Shown: piece by piece, positions 14,351-26,600 of the stretch
Numbering within the stretch: position 1 is the stretch's first letter
Layout: each line of letters begins with the position of its first letter
From: Phoronis australis
Taxonomy: Eukaryota > Animalia > Phoronida
DNA: 64,000 bases
Direction: 5' to 3'
Assembly (NCBI GenBank): GCA_002633005.1
Contig: NMRA01000015.1
Coordinates: 1,347,439 to 1,411,438, forward strand
Notes under the pieces: generated by a model
Seen by the model: only the letters and a program-made list of their open reading frames with translations
What the model was told of the DNA's origin: nothing
Database searches by the model: none
Translations under genes and position numbers: made by a program

Positions 14351-17300
14351 CACAAAGCCTTCACCCCGGCCAACCCGCGACCGAGAACGCCCGAAAGGCG
14401 ATCGAGAACGAGACCTTGCACCAAAAATGGCAGACGACAGTGACGTACCCGGTTCTGCTTAAATAGAGGCTACTTTGGTACGAATGCTACTCACAGAAAA
14501 GCGTCAGAGTGCAACCTGAGTGGTGGATCTGAAATAATAATTGGCTTTTGCTTATTTTTTAAATAAAGAAATCAGAAAGCAATGGCTTTCGGTAAAATGC
14601 CTCGTAAAATCGACAATTTCTACTTGTTATTAGCAATTCCAGGGTTCTTAAGAAGAGGCGTGGGACGATAGTTTAATCGTCCCTGGTGACATCTTTGTTA
14701 GTTATGATTTGTGAAACAATTTGAGATATTTACCAATACAAGCATGTCCTTGTGTGAGACGGCGAGCGGGAACGAAGTCGTTAATTCTCTATGGCGATTG
14801 TGAACGCAAAAAAGCGATCGTGAACGTACACTTTTTTCTCTGCATGTCCCCGAATAGTAGTTCAAGTTACCATGCGTGCAACAAGCCTTCAATATGGGGA
14901 GCTCGAATTCCTGACGTTGTGGACCTTTTGCTAGCAAAAGAGCGGGCGGACTAAAAAAAAGGAAGCACCAGTGTGTATTGCGCGTTTGCGCTTGTTTAGT
15001 GGACTTTTTGTCTCTCGAGGGAAGGACCTTTTTGTCCTCCGAGCTCTACCCCCCTGGGTGCGCGCATGGTTACCGTGTTATGTCAATAATTTTAGAATAA
15101 TAAGGAGCCTGAATTAGTTGATGGGGTGATTATTAATTACATCGTTTTTTTCATGATTTCTAACTGAGATTTAGCCTAACAAACATAATTGAATGCGTTG
15201 ATTTTTTTTCAGTTGAACTGTCGCTACACGACGAGTCTTTCAGGGTGTTAACGTCCACGCCTTCAAAAAAGAGTAGTACAACTGCTCCATGTCACAAAGG
15301 AGTGAGTGTGTATGTTGTGGAGCTTCGTTCAGGAACTAAGAAGTCGATTTAGTATGACCACATGGCAATAAAACACAGTGACACTACAACAAGCAAGACC
15401 TTTACCAGCTCTGTGATTGACGCGTTGCATGCGTCACGAGTTTTTTACCAATATAGGAAAACACAACATGAACCAGGTGCTCAAGAACCAAGTGAATTCC
15501 GTGTCCTTTCTGTGATCAATGTTTCACGGAAAGAGTGAGCCTGACCGGACACCTGCGTCACAGCACGAGGACACTCCTTTTTGTGGTGAATGTGGCATGT
15601 CATGCAAACAGTATGTCTCCTACATAGCAAGCAGAAACGTCATGAATGAAATCATTAAGTCCAGTGGTGAAGGTTGTTAAGTCACTATAGTTTATTCAGA
15701 TTTACGGAGTTTATGGTTGGTAGTTGTCTGATGTGATAGTATTTTGACGTTTTGTTTTGAACCTTTTTTCCTCAAGTTTCTTTCTATATTTGTGTTATTT
15801 CAAAAAGATCTTTAACAGAACCAGTGCATTTTTGTAGTGTTAAGGTAGATTTCAATGGCCATGACCATTGGCCAATTCTTACATACAATTGTTCTGACCA
15901 ATTAGTATTTTGAAAGAAAATATATGTCTATGATTATTGTAGAAATTGCTAACACATTGTTGTTGATTTCCTGTGAGAGACTATTATACTACCAATTATT
16001 GTCCCAAATACATTGTCTATGATTTAGTGATGATTTAGAATAATACATTCCAAAAGTAATTCGTAGGAAATGTTCAATAGATTTGTATAATGTTGATTTC
16101 GCTAAAGCATATTTTCTATATTTTTGTATGACCAATTTTGAGATATGTGTGATAAAAGATAAATATTATAATAGAAATGCTATAATATTGTTGTTGATTT
16201 CCTGTTTAAATCACAACAGTGTGTAGTTGAAGTGACGTTAATGACAACATGCTGACTACGTTTTGAGAAAATCACAATATAGTACGTGTATTATAAGTGT
16301 CTCAATCTTTTACAATGTCACATTAAACTGGAGATCATGAACTGATGATGCAGGTGACCTTCGGACCAAGACTACAAAACAGAAGAGTTAAACACAAGGT
16401 ACATTCAAGTCAATCTCTTCATCTCTGTATCGATGTTATCAGTGAAATCCCACCCGTTTTATCAGCACACCAGTTTACACAACTTCTGGACAATTTTTAG
16501 ATCCCAGACGTTTATGAGTGGGAATCTTTGAATCATTTCCTGAATGGTGTTGCCTTTACAAGAAGATTCTACACTCGCTTTCATCAGCTGCGACAATTTG
16601 TTTACCCCTGTCTGACAGGCCACATGGAACAACACCTGGGAGAGTCTTAAGTTTAGAACCGCTTGTTCTCAGTGGTTTCGTCTAAAAGTAGATGTCTGTA
16701 TTTCAAAACCCTGGTAGGGTGTACCTTCACGTCGTGAATAACATGTCCGTTGAATCTCGCCTCACAATAACGATGAACTTGTTTCCTGAAATGAAAATAA
16801 ATTCGTTTGTGAAACTAAAATTATGCTTGATGTACATGTAGTGCTCATGGCAATTTAATGGAAATATGCTATTCTGTGGTTCAGTTTTGATATGAAAGTA
16901 ACACAGTAATGACGCAAAATGTGATTATTACATTGCACCACACTTATTTCGTAACCTTTTTCACGTTTTTAAGTAAAAAGTTCATTACTGTTCGACACAC
17001 CACGATGCGTTCCCGATCGCATAAACGAGCACAAATTTGCGTTCCCGATCGCATCTTTCAACAGAAAAGCGTCGAAAAATCAGAGATCCTGACAAAACTA
17101 CAAAAAGAAGCGTTGTGTTATATTTTCACACGTCATTTCTTTATAACTTCATGGTCAATTTATTGATTTAGTGCCAAAAACAATGGGAATTTGCCAAAAT
17201 GGCATACAAATCACCTTCGGCTAATGCGATGCTTCGGTCAACGTAACTTTTCTCTTATAATTGGAAGAGACACTAGCCTAAACCTCTACCTGCCCTTTCT

Positions 17301-17472
17301 CAATGTGTTACGCCTTGAACTCATTTCTCTGTTTTCACATTGGAAGTAAAAACAACGAAAATTCATCAAATTTAGTGACTCACCTTGCCTGGCTTCGCTT
17401 CTCGGGTCAAATTTTGTTCTCGATCGCCTTCCGGGCGTTCTCGATCGCGGGTTGGCCGGGGTGGACTTTGGG
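14351..17472. repeat. GC-rich inverted repeat pair (about 60 bp) 3.1 kb apart, possibly the TIRs of a DNA transposon
   Basis: CACAAAGCCTTCACCCCGGCCAACCCGCGACCGAGAACGCCCGAAAGGCGATCGAGAAC at 14351 is nearly the reverse complement of GTTCTCGATCGCCTTCCGGGCGTTCTCGATCGCGGGTTGGCCGGGGTGGACTTTGGG ending at 17472. No clean TSD. Confidence 0.6.
15304..15680 (+). pseudogene. Decayed C2H2 zinc-finger array fragment
   Basis: With frameshifts and stops it reads ECVCCGASF..YDHMAIKH, CPFCDQCFTERVSLTGHLR(Q)H from 15502, and FCGECGMSCKQYVSY, i.e. CxxC-x12-HxxxH patterns. Confidence 0.6.
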
Positions 17473-20084
17473 ATGTCACTTCTTCATTTTTTTGTAAAAT
17501 GCTGCTAACATGCCCTTCAGTTTTCCTTCGTTTGGGCCACTCAAAAAGTCTAACTGAGGGTCCAAGATTTAGTGTCCGAAGTCAGACCGGAACGTCACGA
17601 CGCCGCACAATTTGAGTACTTTGAACTTTTTAACCGAAGCGCTTTCGTGTTTCAAAAACATCTTCAAATTTTGCCGTTCACAAGTCACAATCAATGCGTA
17701 TACAAGAGCCGATAACTCCAACGCACGTGGAAGTAGGAAGTGATAACCTACGGTGGAAGCCATTTCTTGAATCGCAGATGGTAACGCAAATAGATCTCAT
17801 CATGGTGAAGAATATCATGAGATCAATTTTTGGAGAGTAGTAGACCTTGTTTGATTTTCGAGTTTTAGCTAGTTAACCAGGGTGAAATACTTGAAGCGTG
17901 GCACGTAATTGGTCAACTTTCAAGCGGAGTTTCGAGTACAGAGATTAGATCTTGGGCTCTGATCAGTCTACTGTTGTGATCAAAATGTCTGTGAAAATGA
18001 TCATATACCCACGCCATTTGCGAAATGAGAACATGATATGATGTAAAATTTAAAAATAAATTATACCAAAAGAGCGGTGGTTATAAAGAAGCAACCGAAA
18101 GTTGAACATAAAAGTTAAAAAAGTTTAGAAGATCGTGGCTCTGATGTTGTGTATGAAATGATCCATAGTAGGTCATAAAAGGTCATTGCAAGTTGTACAG
18201 CGGTGAAACTTTTAAAGGTTATTATCCCATTTTAGTAAACCTATTGTAACTGAGTCAGAATTTTGTTGAAGCACTGTTCATTTGACCACACTCTTTACTT
18301 TACATTCACCAATTTAGAACGCGTGTTGAGTTTCGCCTAGTCGAAAGATATCAATAAAATCTTTAACCTTTCAGTCCTGTTTGGGGGCATTTGAGTGAGC
18401 ACCCATAATGCATGAGAACTCTGTAACTCACTACGGCGGCTGGTGGTGCTCCATCAAAGAACATTAAACGAAAACATTAACATTAAATTCATTAAATTTG
18501 AAAACATTAGGCGTTGCATTGAACGAGCATTATTTGAGTGTAAGGTTCAACTGAACTAACGTTCGTTGAAATCCGTGTTAAGAGGTTTTTAATTGAAAGG
18601 AAGAGCAAAGAGTATCTCTAAGCGGTCTATGAGGATGATTGTTGAGTGCGAATATGATTTACGGTCGAACATTCATTCGTTGCAATGTTTTTTTAACAAA
18701 AACGCAGGTCATCGTTCGAAACAACGATCCTACGATTGCTTTTATCCCTCCGCTGCAGCCATGTGATTTTTAGGACTCATCCCGACTGCCGAATAAGCCT
18801 ATTCCTGGTCTAGCTAAAAGATTCATAGATCCACCTCTGTGCTAATAAAGGTCCCTCTTTTGACATCTGAATACATTGAGAGCAGAAAGAAGTTCATCAG
18901 CCTGAGGGCGTCCTACGTGATTTACATGAATGTAGCATTTCCGTGGGAAGATCCCCTGCTTCACTTGACACCTAATGAGCTTCGAGTTCAATAATTAATA
19001 GTATAGTCGCACTTGACATAAATTGTCGCCAAGACAATCACGCAGTGTTGGTCTCGCAACCCAATCTCTCGTCTTCCCGAATCTGTAACAGAAAATTAGA
19101 AACAAAGAACAACAATGTAGTGTATAGCACACTAATATCGCGTCCAGATCCTGAACTGTTGAGAGAGACAGGTAGCACACATGATCAGAAAGCAGATCAA
19201 ACGCTTAAAACGCTTTTTCAAAAGGCGTCTCTGCCGTTTTACCCGCATAAATCATGAACCAGCGCTCTCTACCAAGGTTTTTGTGCAGGGCAGACGTCTG
19301 GAGAACATGTAATTTTTCGGCAGATTGCGGATCACACGTCCAATCTGCCTTCGGATCGGACGGTATGTGAACCCAGTATAAGATATTACATTGATTCGTG
19401 ATGTTTTAAATAAAAATTCAATGTTCATATCTTTTATGATTACCGATATTCATTTCTCCATTCCCCGGGTTTCCTCCTTTGTAGGCTTTCTTAGTTAAAC
19501 CCATTTTGTCTACAACGTCGACTCCATAGTCCATTTTTGTAACTTGCATTCGACGCTTATTTTTGGCAGTTCTTCCAGCGTGGGTAACGGATTCACATGA
19601 AAATTTGACTGTGGCCAAGGAGAACATTTTTTCATATTTCAGCCGGTTGGCTAACAACTGCTATATCGTTCTTCAAAATAATGACTTGACTCATATAAAA
19701 AGCGGATTGCTTTCATTCGATTTTTGCATGTGTAAGTCAAAGAATATAGTACAAACACGAAATCGCCTGCAATACAGAAATTGCCGTTCAACTGATGCAA
19801 AACGGCACTTTCACAGGCTATGAAATCAGTGATCAGTCAGCTTGCGAGCGACTATTTGCCGATTTTAAGTAACGCATTTAGATTTTTTACTCAACGTGGC
19901 CATTTTATTTCCAGAATCAATCCAGCACACCCTTAATGCACGCCGGACTCGTTCCCTCGCAGCGTCTTCTTCCTGCCTCTGGTCCCGGGTTGAGACCGTC
20001 AGACAAGAATCTCCCGGCGAGTAATGCTGGTGCTTCTGATGCATGGTGATATCTCTCGAAGACATGGTCTTGCGGCTGGTTCAC

Positions 20085-20230
20085 AAATATGTATTGGTTG
20101 AGAATTCGATTTCGAAGTCTTATTTTTGCAATTGGCCACGCCCACCTCATGGAACAAGTGACAGACGCTGTTAGCTTTGGTAAGAGTATCAACAAAACGA
20201 CACAAAACAAAACTTGAACATGATGTGAGT
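20085..20230 (+). promoter_or_regulatory. Putative RNF17 core promoter and non-coding first exon
   Basis: CpG-richer island with two inverted CCAAT boxes (ATTGG at 20093 and 20131), a GC/KLF box CCACGCCC at 20136 and a CHR-like TTCGAA at 20111. A GTGAGT donor at 20225 matches the acceptor TTACAG (20613) two nt upstream of the ATG. Confidence 0.5.
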
Positions 20231-20615
20231 TTATTGTTTTACATTACCGTTTGATATAAACAGAGTTACATTAGCAATACCTCCATAACCAGCTTTAAAA
20301 CAAAACGGCACTGAAGCAGACGACACAAAAATATGTTAAAAAATTGTCTACACTAAATTTAGTTCAAAGTCAATATTTTCACTTAGTCGCAGTCTCCACA
20401 AATTGACGAATATTGCAACATTGTTATGAAGGTATGAGGCCACGTATGTTTTTAAACACATAATATTCCACTTTGTCAGTTGTTCGTTTGAATATTTCCT
20501 TCTCTAGCGGTTTCCGTTCGCACGTGCTGCAAACTGGCTGATTTGTTTTGACCAGTTGAGTTTGTCTCAAGTTTCACTTCTTTAGCTGAAATTGCATGGG
20601 TACATTGTTACAGAA

Positions 20616-23600
20616 ATGCAAGACTATCTTCACTGTGCAATATGCCATCATGCATTTACTGTAAAAGGCAAGTCAGTGTGAATAGAAGGCGAATTGCCGA
20701 AGCTAAGTCTTGAGAATTGCATTCGTATGATTCGTATCTGACTCTGATCTCGCTCTCAGTCTCAGCTGTGTAGTCTTAGGCACGTAACCCTTCTGTAAAT
20801 ATAATAAGCTTTTACAGTCTAGACTGAGAGTGAGACTCGGTGCACTGTCTTGATAAGTAGGATTCATCACCACTCGTGCGCCAGCATGATTTTTTGTGAA
20901 TAATTTTTATTTGAGTAAGTCGGTATTTACCAGTATGTTTATCAATAACAAAGCATTGCAGTGATCGATTTTGCACATCAAATAAAGTAGTTCAGTATTC
21001 CAGTACTGGATTATCTGTCAGATAATTTACTAAATACTAAAATAAATAACTGTTTTCTCACAGTCATCAAATTCTTTTGTGCCAGTTTTGAAAGTTGTAG
21101 CATGAGACAACCACTCCTACGCTAACATTTGGGGTTTTTTTACCCCAATGCCTAAAAGAGCCTACTGCAAAAACGAAATAGTTGCTGCTACGCCACTTGC
21201 ATGACAAGGCTAAAAATCGTTCATAGTCCGCCATTTTTTCACGTTGTTGTAAAAGTAACCAGTGACTGCCGAGGTTACATCAACCAATGCTAAAGCACGT
21301 GCTACTGGCTAGGCACATAGGGAACCAGCAAGGTGGCTTGGCTGCGTTGCTGAAGAGAACCTTTTCGCTAATTTCTTTTATAGTGCATCAATTTTAAAAA
21401 TTCAAAAGGTGTCTACTATTTACTTTTCAATTTTAGAAACAGTCTTGTTTGTTGTTTGCCCAACTCATTGTTCGTTTTTAAACTTTGAAACTCGTATGTT
21501 AAACAGGCTTCTTGGCTTACGACTGTCGCTGGCATTATATGTAATACTGAATCTGTAGAGACGAAAATTACATTTAGCCTTAAGTCTGGGAGAGGCGACA
21601 ATAAAATCTATTCTTTTTACTCCAACCTACATGCAGGCATCTATTACTGATTATAAACAATTGTCCAAAGCAGACCTCGCCACTCAGTTACCTGTATGTA
21701 GACTGTTGTCAAAATACAGATGGGAATCAACGTGGGTAAAAAACTGACAAAATATTTGATGGTTCATTTTCAGTTCTGTCATAACTTTATTTGGAGTTTT
21801 TGCACCATGAAACTTTCTTAGTACATTCAGTTGTGCGTTAGACATTGTAACTTGGCATTCAAATGACACCCAGTGTGTCCGCTGTAAAGCAATCTGATAA
21901 ATGTCATCACACCTGTGTAACAAAGATAACTTTGCCGTTGTCTTCAAAGCAATACTCTCATGCTTTGTGCATGTGCCATTTCCTTGATATTTTATCTTGG
22001 TAACTTGAATGACGTGTACTGGGACATTTACTCAGAAATGCAGTTTAATTAATTTCTCAAAATTTCCATGAAGTGAAAGTAAAACTTCCCAACCTGGAAG
22101 GAAGCAGTCTGACTGAGAGATTAGTGTAAACTTGGCTAGCATGTATTGTGAACTGAATTGTCTCATGACTGTTTGCTCCACTGGTTAAATCATGATTGGA
22201 TTTTGTTTCAGATGTGCGAAGACCTCATCACACACAGTGGACGCCTGTTTTGTTGAACTGTGGCCACACCTTTTGTGAATTGTGTATGAGCAAGTTGTCT
22301 AAGTCTAATAAACTGACTGTGGAGTGCCCAGATTGTAAGGTAAACATAAAATAGTGTACTGATGGCTAGAGAGGAGAGCTGTACAATAGGGCATGATACA
22401 GTAAAGTCTTGGTAGTTTCAAACAAAAAGTTCTGGAATTGTGGCTTCATTTTTCAAAAGCCGCTAACTTTGGATGCTTCATGGTAGCTGTAAAACTCACA
22501 AAGCACCAGTGTTCGCTTACCACTTCCAAATGTGGACCCTCCTTTTAAAAATTTTGTGGTCCATTTCAATTTTTGGGGTCATGAATACAATCCTGAAATC
22601 ACATTAGCTCAGAACGTCATGCAATGAATACTGGAAGAATGAATGTACTATGGTGATAAACCTGCTTTTATCAATGTAAAATGCGGGTAAGATGTCCAGG
22701 GAATGATAATTTTTGCTTCTTAAGTTTGATTTCTTATAATTTATCGAACGTTCCACCAAGTTGATGGGCCCATAAACTAGAGATGTGACTTCTTAAGCTC
22801 AGTTGTGTCAAATAATGTCAGAAATTTTTTCTTGTCAAAAATGTTGTCTAGGCAAATACCGATTTAAAAACTTNGACGTGTATTGGGACATTTACTCAGA
22901 AATGCAGTTTAATTAATTTCTCAAAATTACCATGAAGTGAAAGTAAAACTTCCCAGCCAGGAAGGAACCAGTCTGACTGAGAGATTAGTGTAAACTTGGC
23001 TAGCATGTATTGTGAACTGAATTGTCTCATGACTGTTTGCTCCACTGGTTAAATCATGAATGGATTTTGTTTCAGATGTCCGAAGACCTCATCACACACA
23101 GTGGACGCCTGTTTTGTTGAACTGTGGCCACACCTTTTGTGAATTGTGTATGAGCAAGTTGTCTAAGTCTAATAAACTGACTGTGGAGTGCCCAGATTGT
23201 AAGGTAAACATAAAATAGTGTACTGATGGCTAGAGAGGAGAGCTGTACAATAGGGCATGATACAGTAAAGTCTTGGTAGCTTCAAACAAAAAGTTCTGGA
23301 ATTGTGCTTCATTTTTCAAAAGCCGCTAACTTTGGATGCTTCATGGTAGCTGTAAAACTCACAAAGCACCGGTGTTCGCTTACCACTTCCAAATGTGGAC
23401 CCTCCTTTTAAAAATTTTGTGGTCCATTCCAATTTTTTGGGGTCATGAATACAATCCTGAAATCACATTAGCTTAGAACGTCATACAATGAATACTGGAA
23501 GAATGAATGTACTCAGGTGATAAACCTACTTTTATCAATGCAAAATGCGGGTAAGATATCCAGGGAATGATAATTTTTGTTTCTTCAGTTTGATTTCTTA

Positions 23601-26600
23601 TAATTTATCGAACGTTCAACCAAGTTGATGGGACCATAAACTAGAGATGTGTCTTCTTAAGCTCAGTTGTGTCAAATGATGTCAGAAATTTTTTCTTGTC
23701 AAAAATGTTGTCTGGGCAAATACCGATTTAAAAACTTTACATTCGAGTTGTAAAAGAGTTATGTTGTGTGGTTTGTATAGTAATTGATAATTATAATTAT
23801 TTAACTATGTCATCCTGCACAACTTCGACACAAGGCACATTGCTGTTAATATTTGAACTCCAAGACTTTCTTGGATTTTGTATGTTATGTGATGTATGTG
23901 TTGAGGTGTGTGTAGTGTGATGTATGCGGTGCAATGTATGCGGTGCGATGTATGCGGTGCGATGTATGCGGTGCGATGTATGCGGTGCGATGGATGCGTT
24001 GCTGTACTTGACACATTCATCCTCGGTTGTGTACTCTTAGCAGCAGTGTACACCATAATTCTTGGAACATTGACAAGTTCAAGATGGACTGAATGAAGTT
24101 GGGCTTTACTTAATAACTTCACAAGATTCAAGAAGAAATAAGTGAACCCTTTGGAAATCCACTTAAGAGTTATCTCTAAACATTGTGGAGCCATTGGATT
24201 CCATTTTTTGGAGAATACAAAATTTTCTTTTTAACGTTACGAAGCCTTCTTACTGGGGATTAGTAGCTGTTTGTAGTGCCCTCTGTTGGTGTTCTTGGAG
24301 AACAACTTCAAGGCCTTCGTTAAATAACTTGACTTTGACAGTACCAGTAGCAGCAGTAACACAGCACTGCAATGCCAGTAATGAAGTAAGCTATTAAAGG
24401 TTTTGATTAAAAATCTACAATTTATATTATTTTCCTGTCAATTACTTTGTTTGGATGGCTAGTAACGTCAGTCATCTAGCATTGCATGGTATCCATTGCA
24501 GTCGGTGACACCCCTGTTGGAGGAAGGTTCCACTAAGTGCTTGCTGCCTGATGTCTACACACATGGCCTGATCGCCGTCTCCAAACAAAATGACAAAGTA
24601 TTAGCAGCCAACTCGATGTATGTATCATGTGACTGTATCACCTGACTGTATCACCTGACTTAGTATCTCTTGACTTCTATTTCTACTGAGAATATCTTTT
24701 TCCTCAGCTTAGAAGGTCTTCTTACTTGTCATTTCATGACTATTACCAGTGTCAGTAACACAGCCTCTGAACAAGGGGAGCACAGGAAGACATGTGATCT
24801 CCACCATCAAGGCATCGTCTTTACTGACTGTAATGTTATTTACCTGAGAATTTTGAAAAGATTGTTAACAGCCTAGTACTAAGGATCAGGCTTGAAGTTT
24901 CCCAAATCGATAAGAGGTTAGCATTTGATCACATGTACATTGTCTCATTTCAGGAATCCTCTACAGTTTGTACCAGCTGGTATAGTGAAACTGATGAAAA
25001 GACCCAGTCAGAACCATGTGCAACCAGCCAACAATTCTTCAGGTAAGAAGAAATTGATGAATCATAATGTACAACAACGGGGTGCTGTGGGGTTTGTTTT
25101 TTTTAAAGTTTATATGGCTGGTGGACATGTGATTAAAGAAAGTAATGCTGTTTGTTTATGTGAATGAAACTTAACAAACTTAAAAAGGGAAATAAACTTG
25201 TGACATCTGTTAATAAGTTATTTATAGGCCTTGTTCCGTTTAGAGACCATCTAATTTTGTTTTGTACTGTCAAAAAACATTTTGAGATCTAATCTTGTTC
25301 TACAATAAGAGTAGAAATGATTTATAATCTTGAGAACAACTGACTGGTCATTATTGCTTCCAACCAGTCCCATTAAACTTCTTGTTGCAGCGGGGTAGTA
25401 TCAGCAGCCAAGATAGGCTTGTCGTCACGGTAACTACATGCGGTTTGCTGTGACTAATTCATAAAAGGATTAAATCTGCAACAATATTGATCAGGAAGTG
25501 CGAATATGCCTGTGAAGAAAGCTGATTTTTGGCACCAGGCCATGCTTTATTGTGACTCCAAATTTTATTGTGATGTCTGTTTCCATTTAAAGTGTTATAA
25601 ACCCACTTTCTGTTAATGTTAACCACAAAACTAGTATGTACTTTTGTCCGGTACTCAAAAGAGACATGGTTTCTGGGCTTGGACAGAACGACAGTTTGTT
25701 ATTGGTCGAGACAATGATTGGCATGTAACACGACCCTCTGTGATAGCCATGTTATTGGTCGAGACAATGATTGATGCATAATACGACCCAATGTGATTGG
25801 CCAAGTCTTTTACCTTGGCCTTGCGCAATAAACAAAGTGTCACTTCCTTCCAAACCCAAATATCAGTTAAGTTATGTAAGGAATAAGTTGAGCCCAATTA
25901 TTTAGTTGTTCAGTTGTCAAACATTTTTATAGAACTGAGGTTTGTGGCAGCTTGAAGGGTCATCTTGGTAATCAACAGATGAATATGAATTTCCACATTG
26001 TACCAGTGGTTTTACCCGTTGTATTTCTGTTGCCAGTGGTTTGCTGTGAATGTAACAAGAATCCAGGCACCTGTCGCTGTCTCAAATGTGACTGCATCAT
26101 GTGTGCTATGTGTTTTGACAAGGTGAGTGCCCATTTCAGAGCTTTATACCTTGTAAAATATGCTTACGAAGTATCAGTGAGCGGAGTGACATTTTACTAC
26201 TACATTGTAGGCAGGCGGTTTTATAGTGCGTTACGACTAACAGCTGTTAGACTTGAACTCTCTAATGGTGACTTTTTAATCGAGCATTGTCAGTTTTAGC
26301 TCCTAGCAAAAATATGTCAACTTCTGATTATCTTACTGTATGAAGTTTATTATGGTATCATAAAGTTGTGTTTGAATGCAGGTACTTTGTGAAGATGTCA
26401 TAGCAAAATGATTTTAAATCAGATTCACACTGAGCTGGCTGAAGCAGTAAATTTTGTTGTAGGTGCACAAGTCATCAAGAACCCTGAGGAAACACCAGGC
26501 AGTACCTATTAATGATGAGTACAGGTGCGACAGAAGTGATAGAAACTTGATGTCTGTTACAATACACTAATGGAAATCTGAGTGTTGTGGCTTGTCTAAG

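Noticed and set aside
16400-16785. Coding second exon for the divergent 19534 ORF
   Set aside because: The phase-1 join stops after about 19 codons with no recognisable domain; kept only as a possible non-coding exon.
19200-19380. Harbinger-like terminus (TGTGAACCCAGTATA)
   Set aside because: No matching left TIR or TSD identified.
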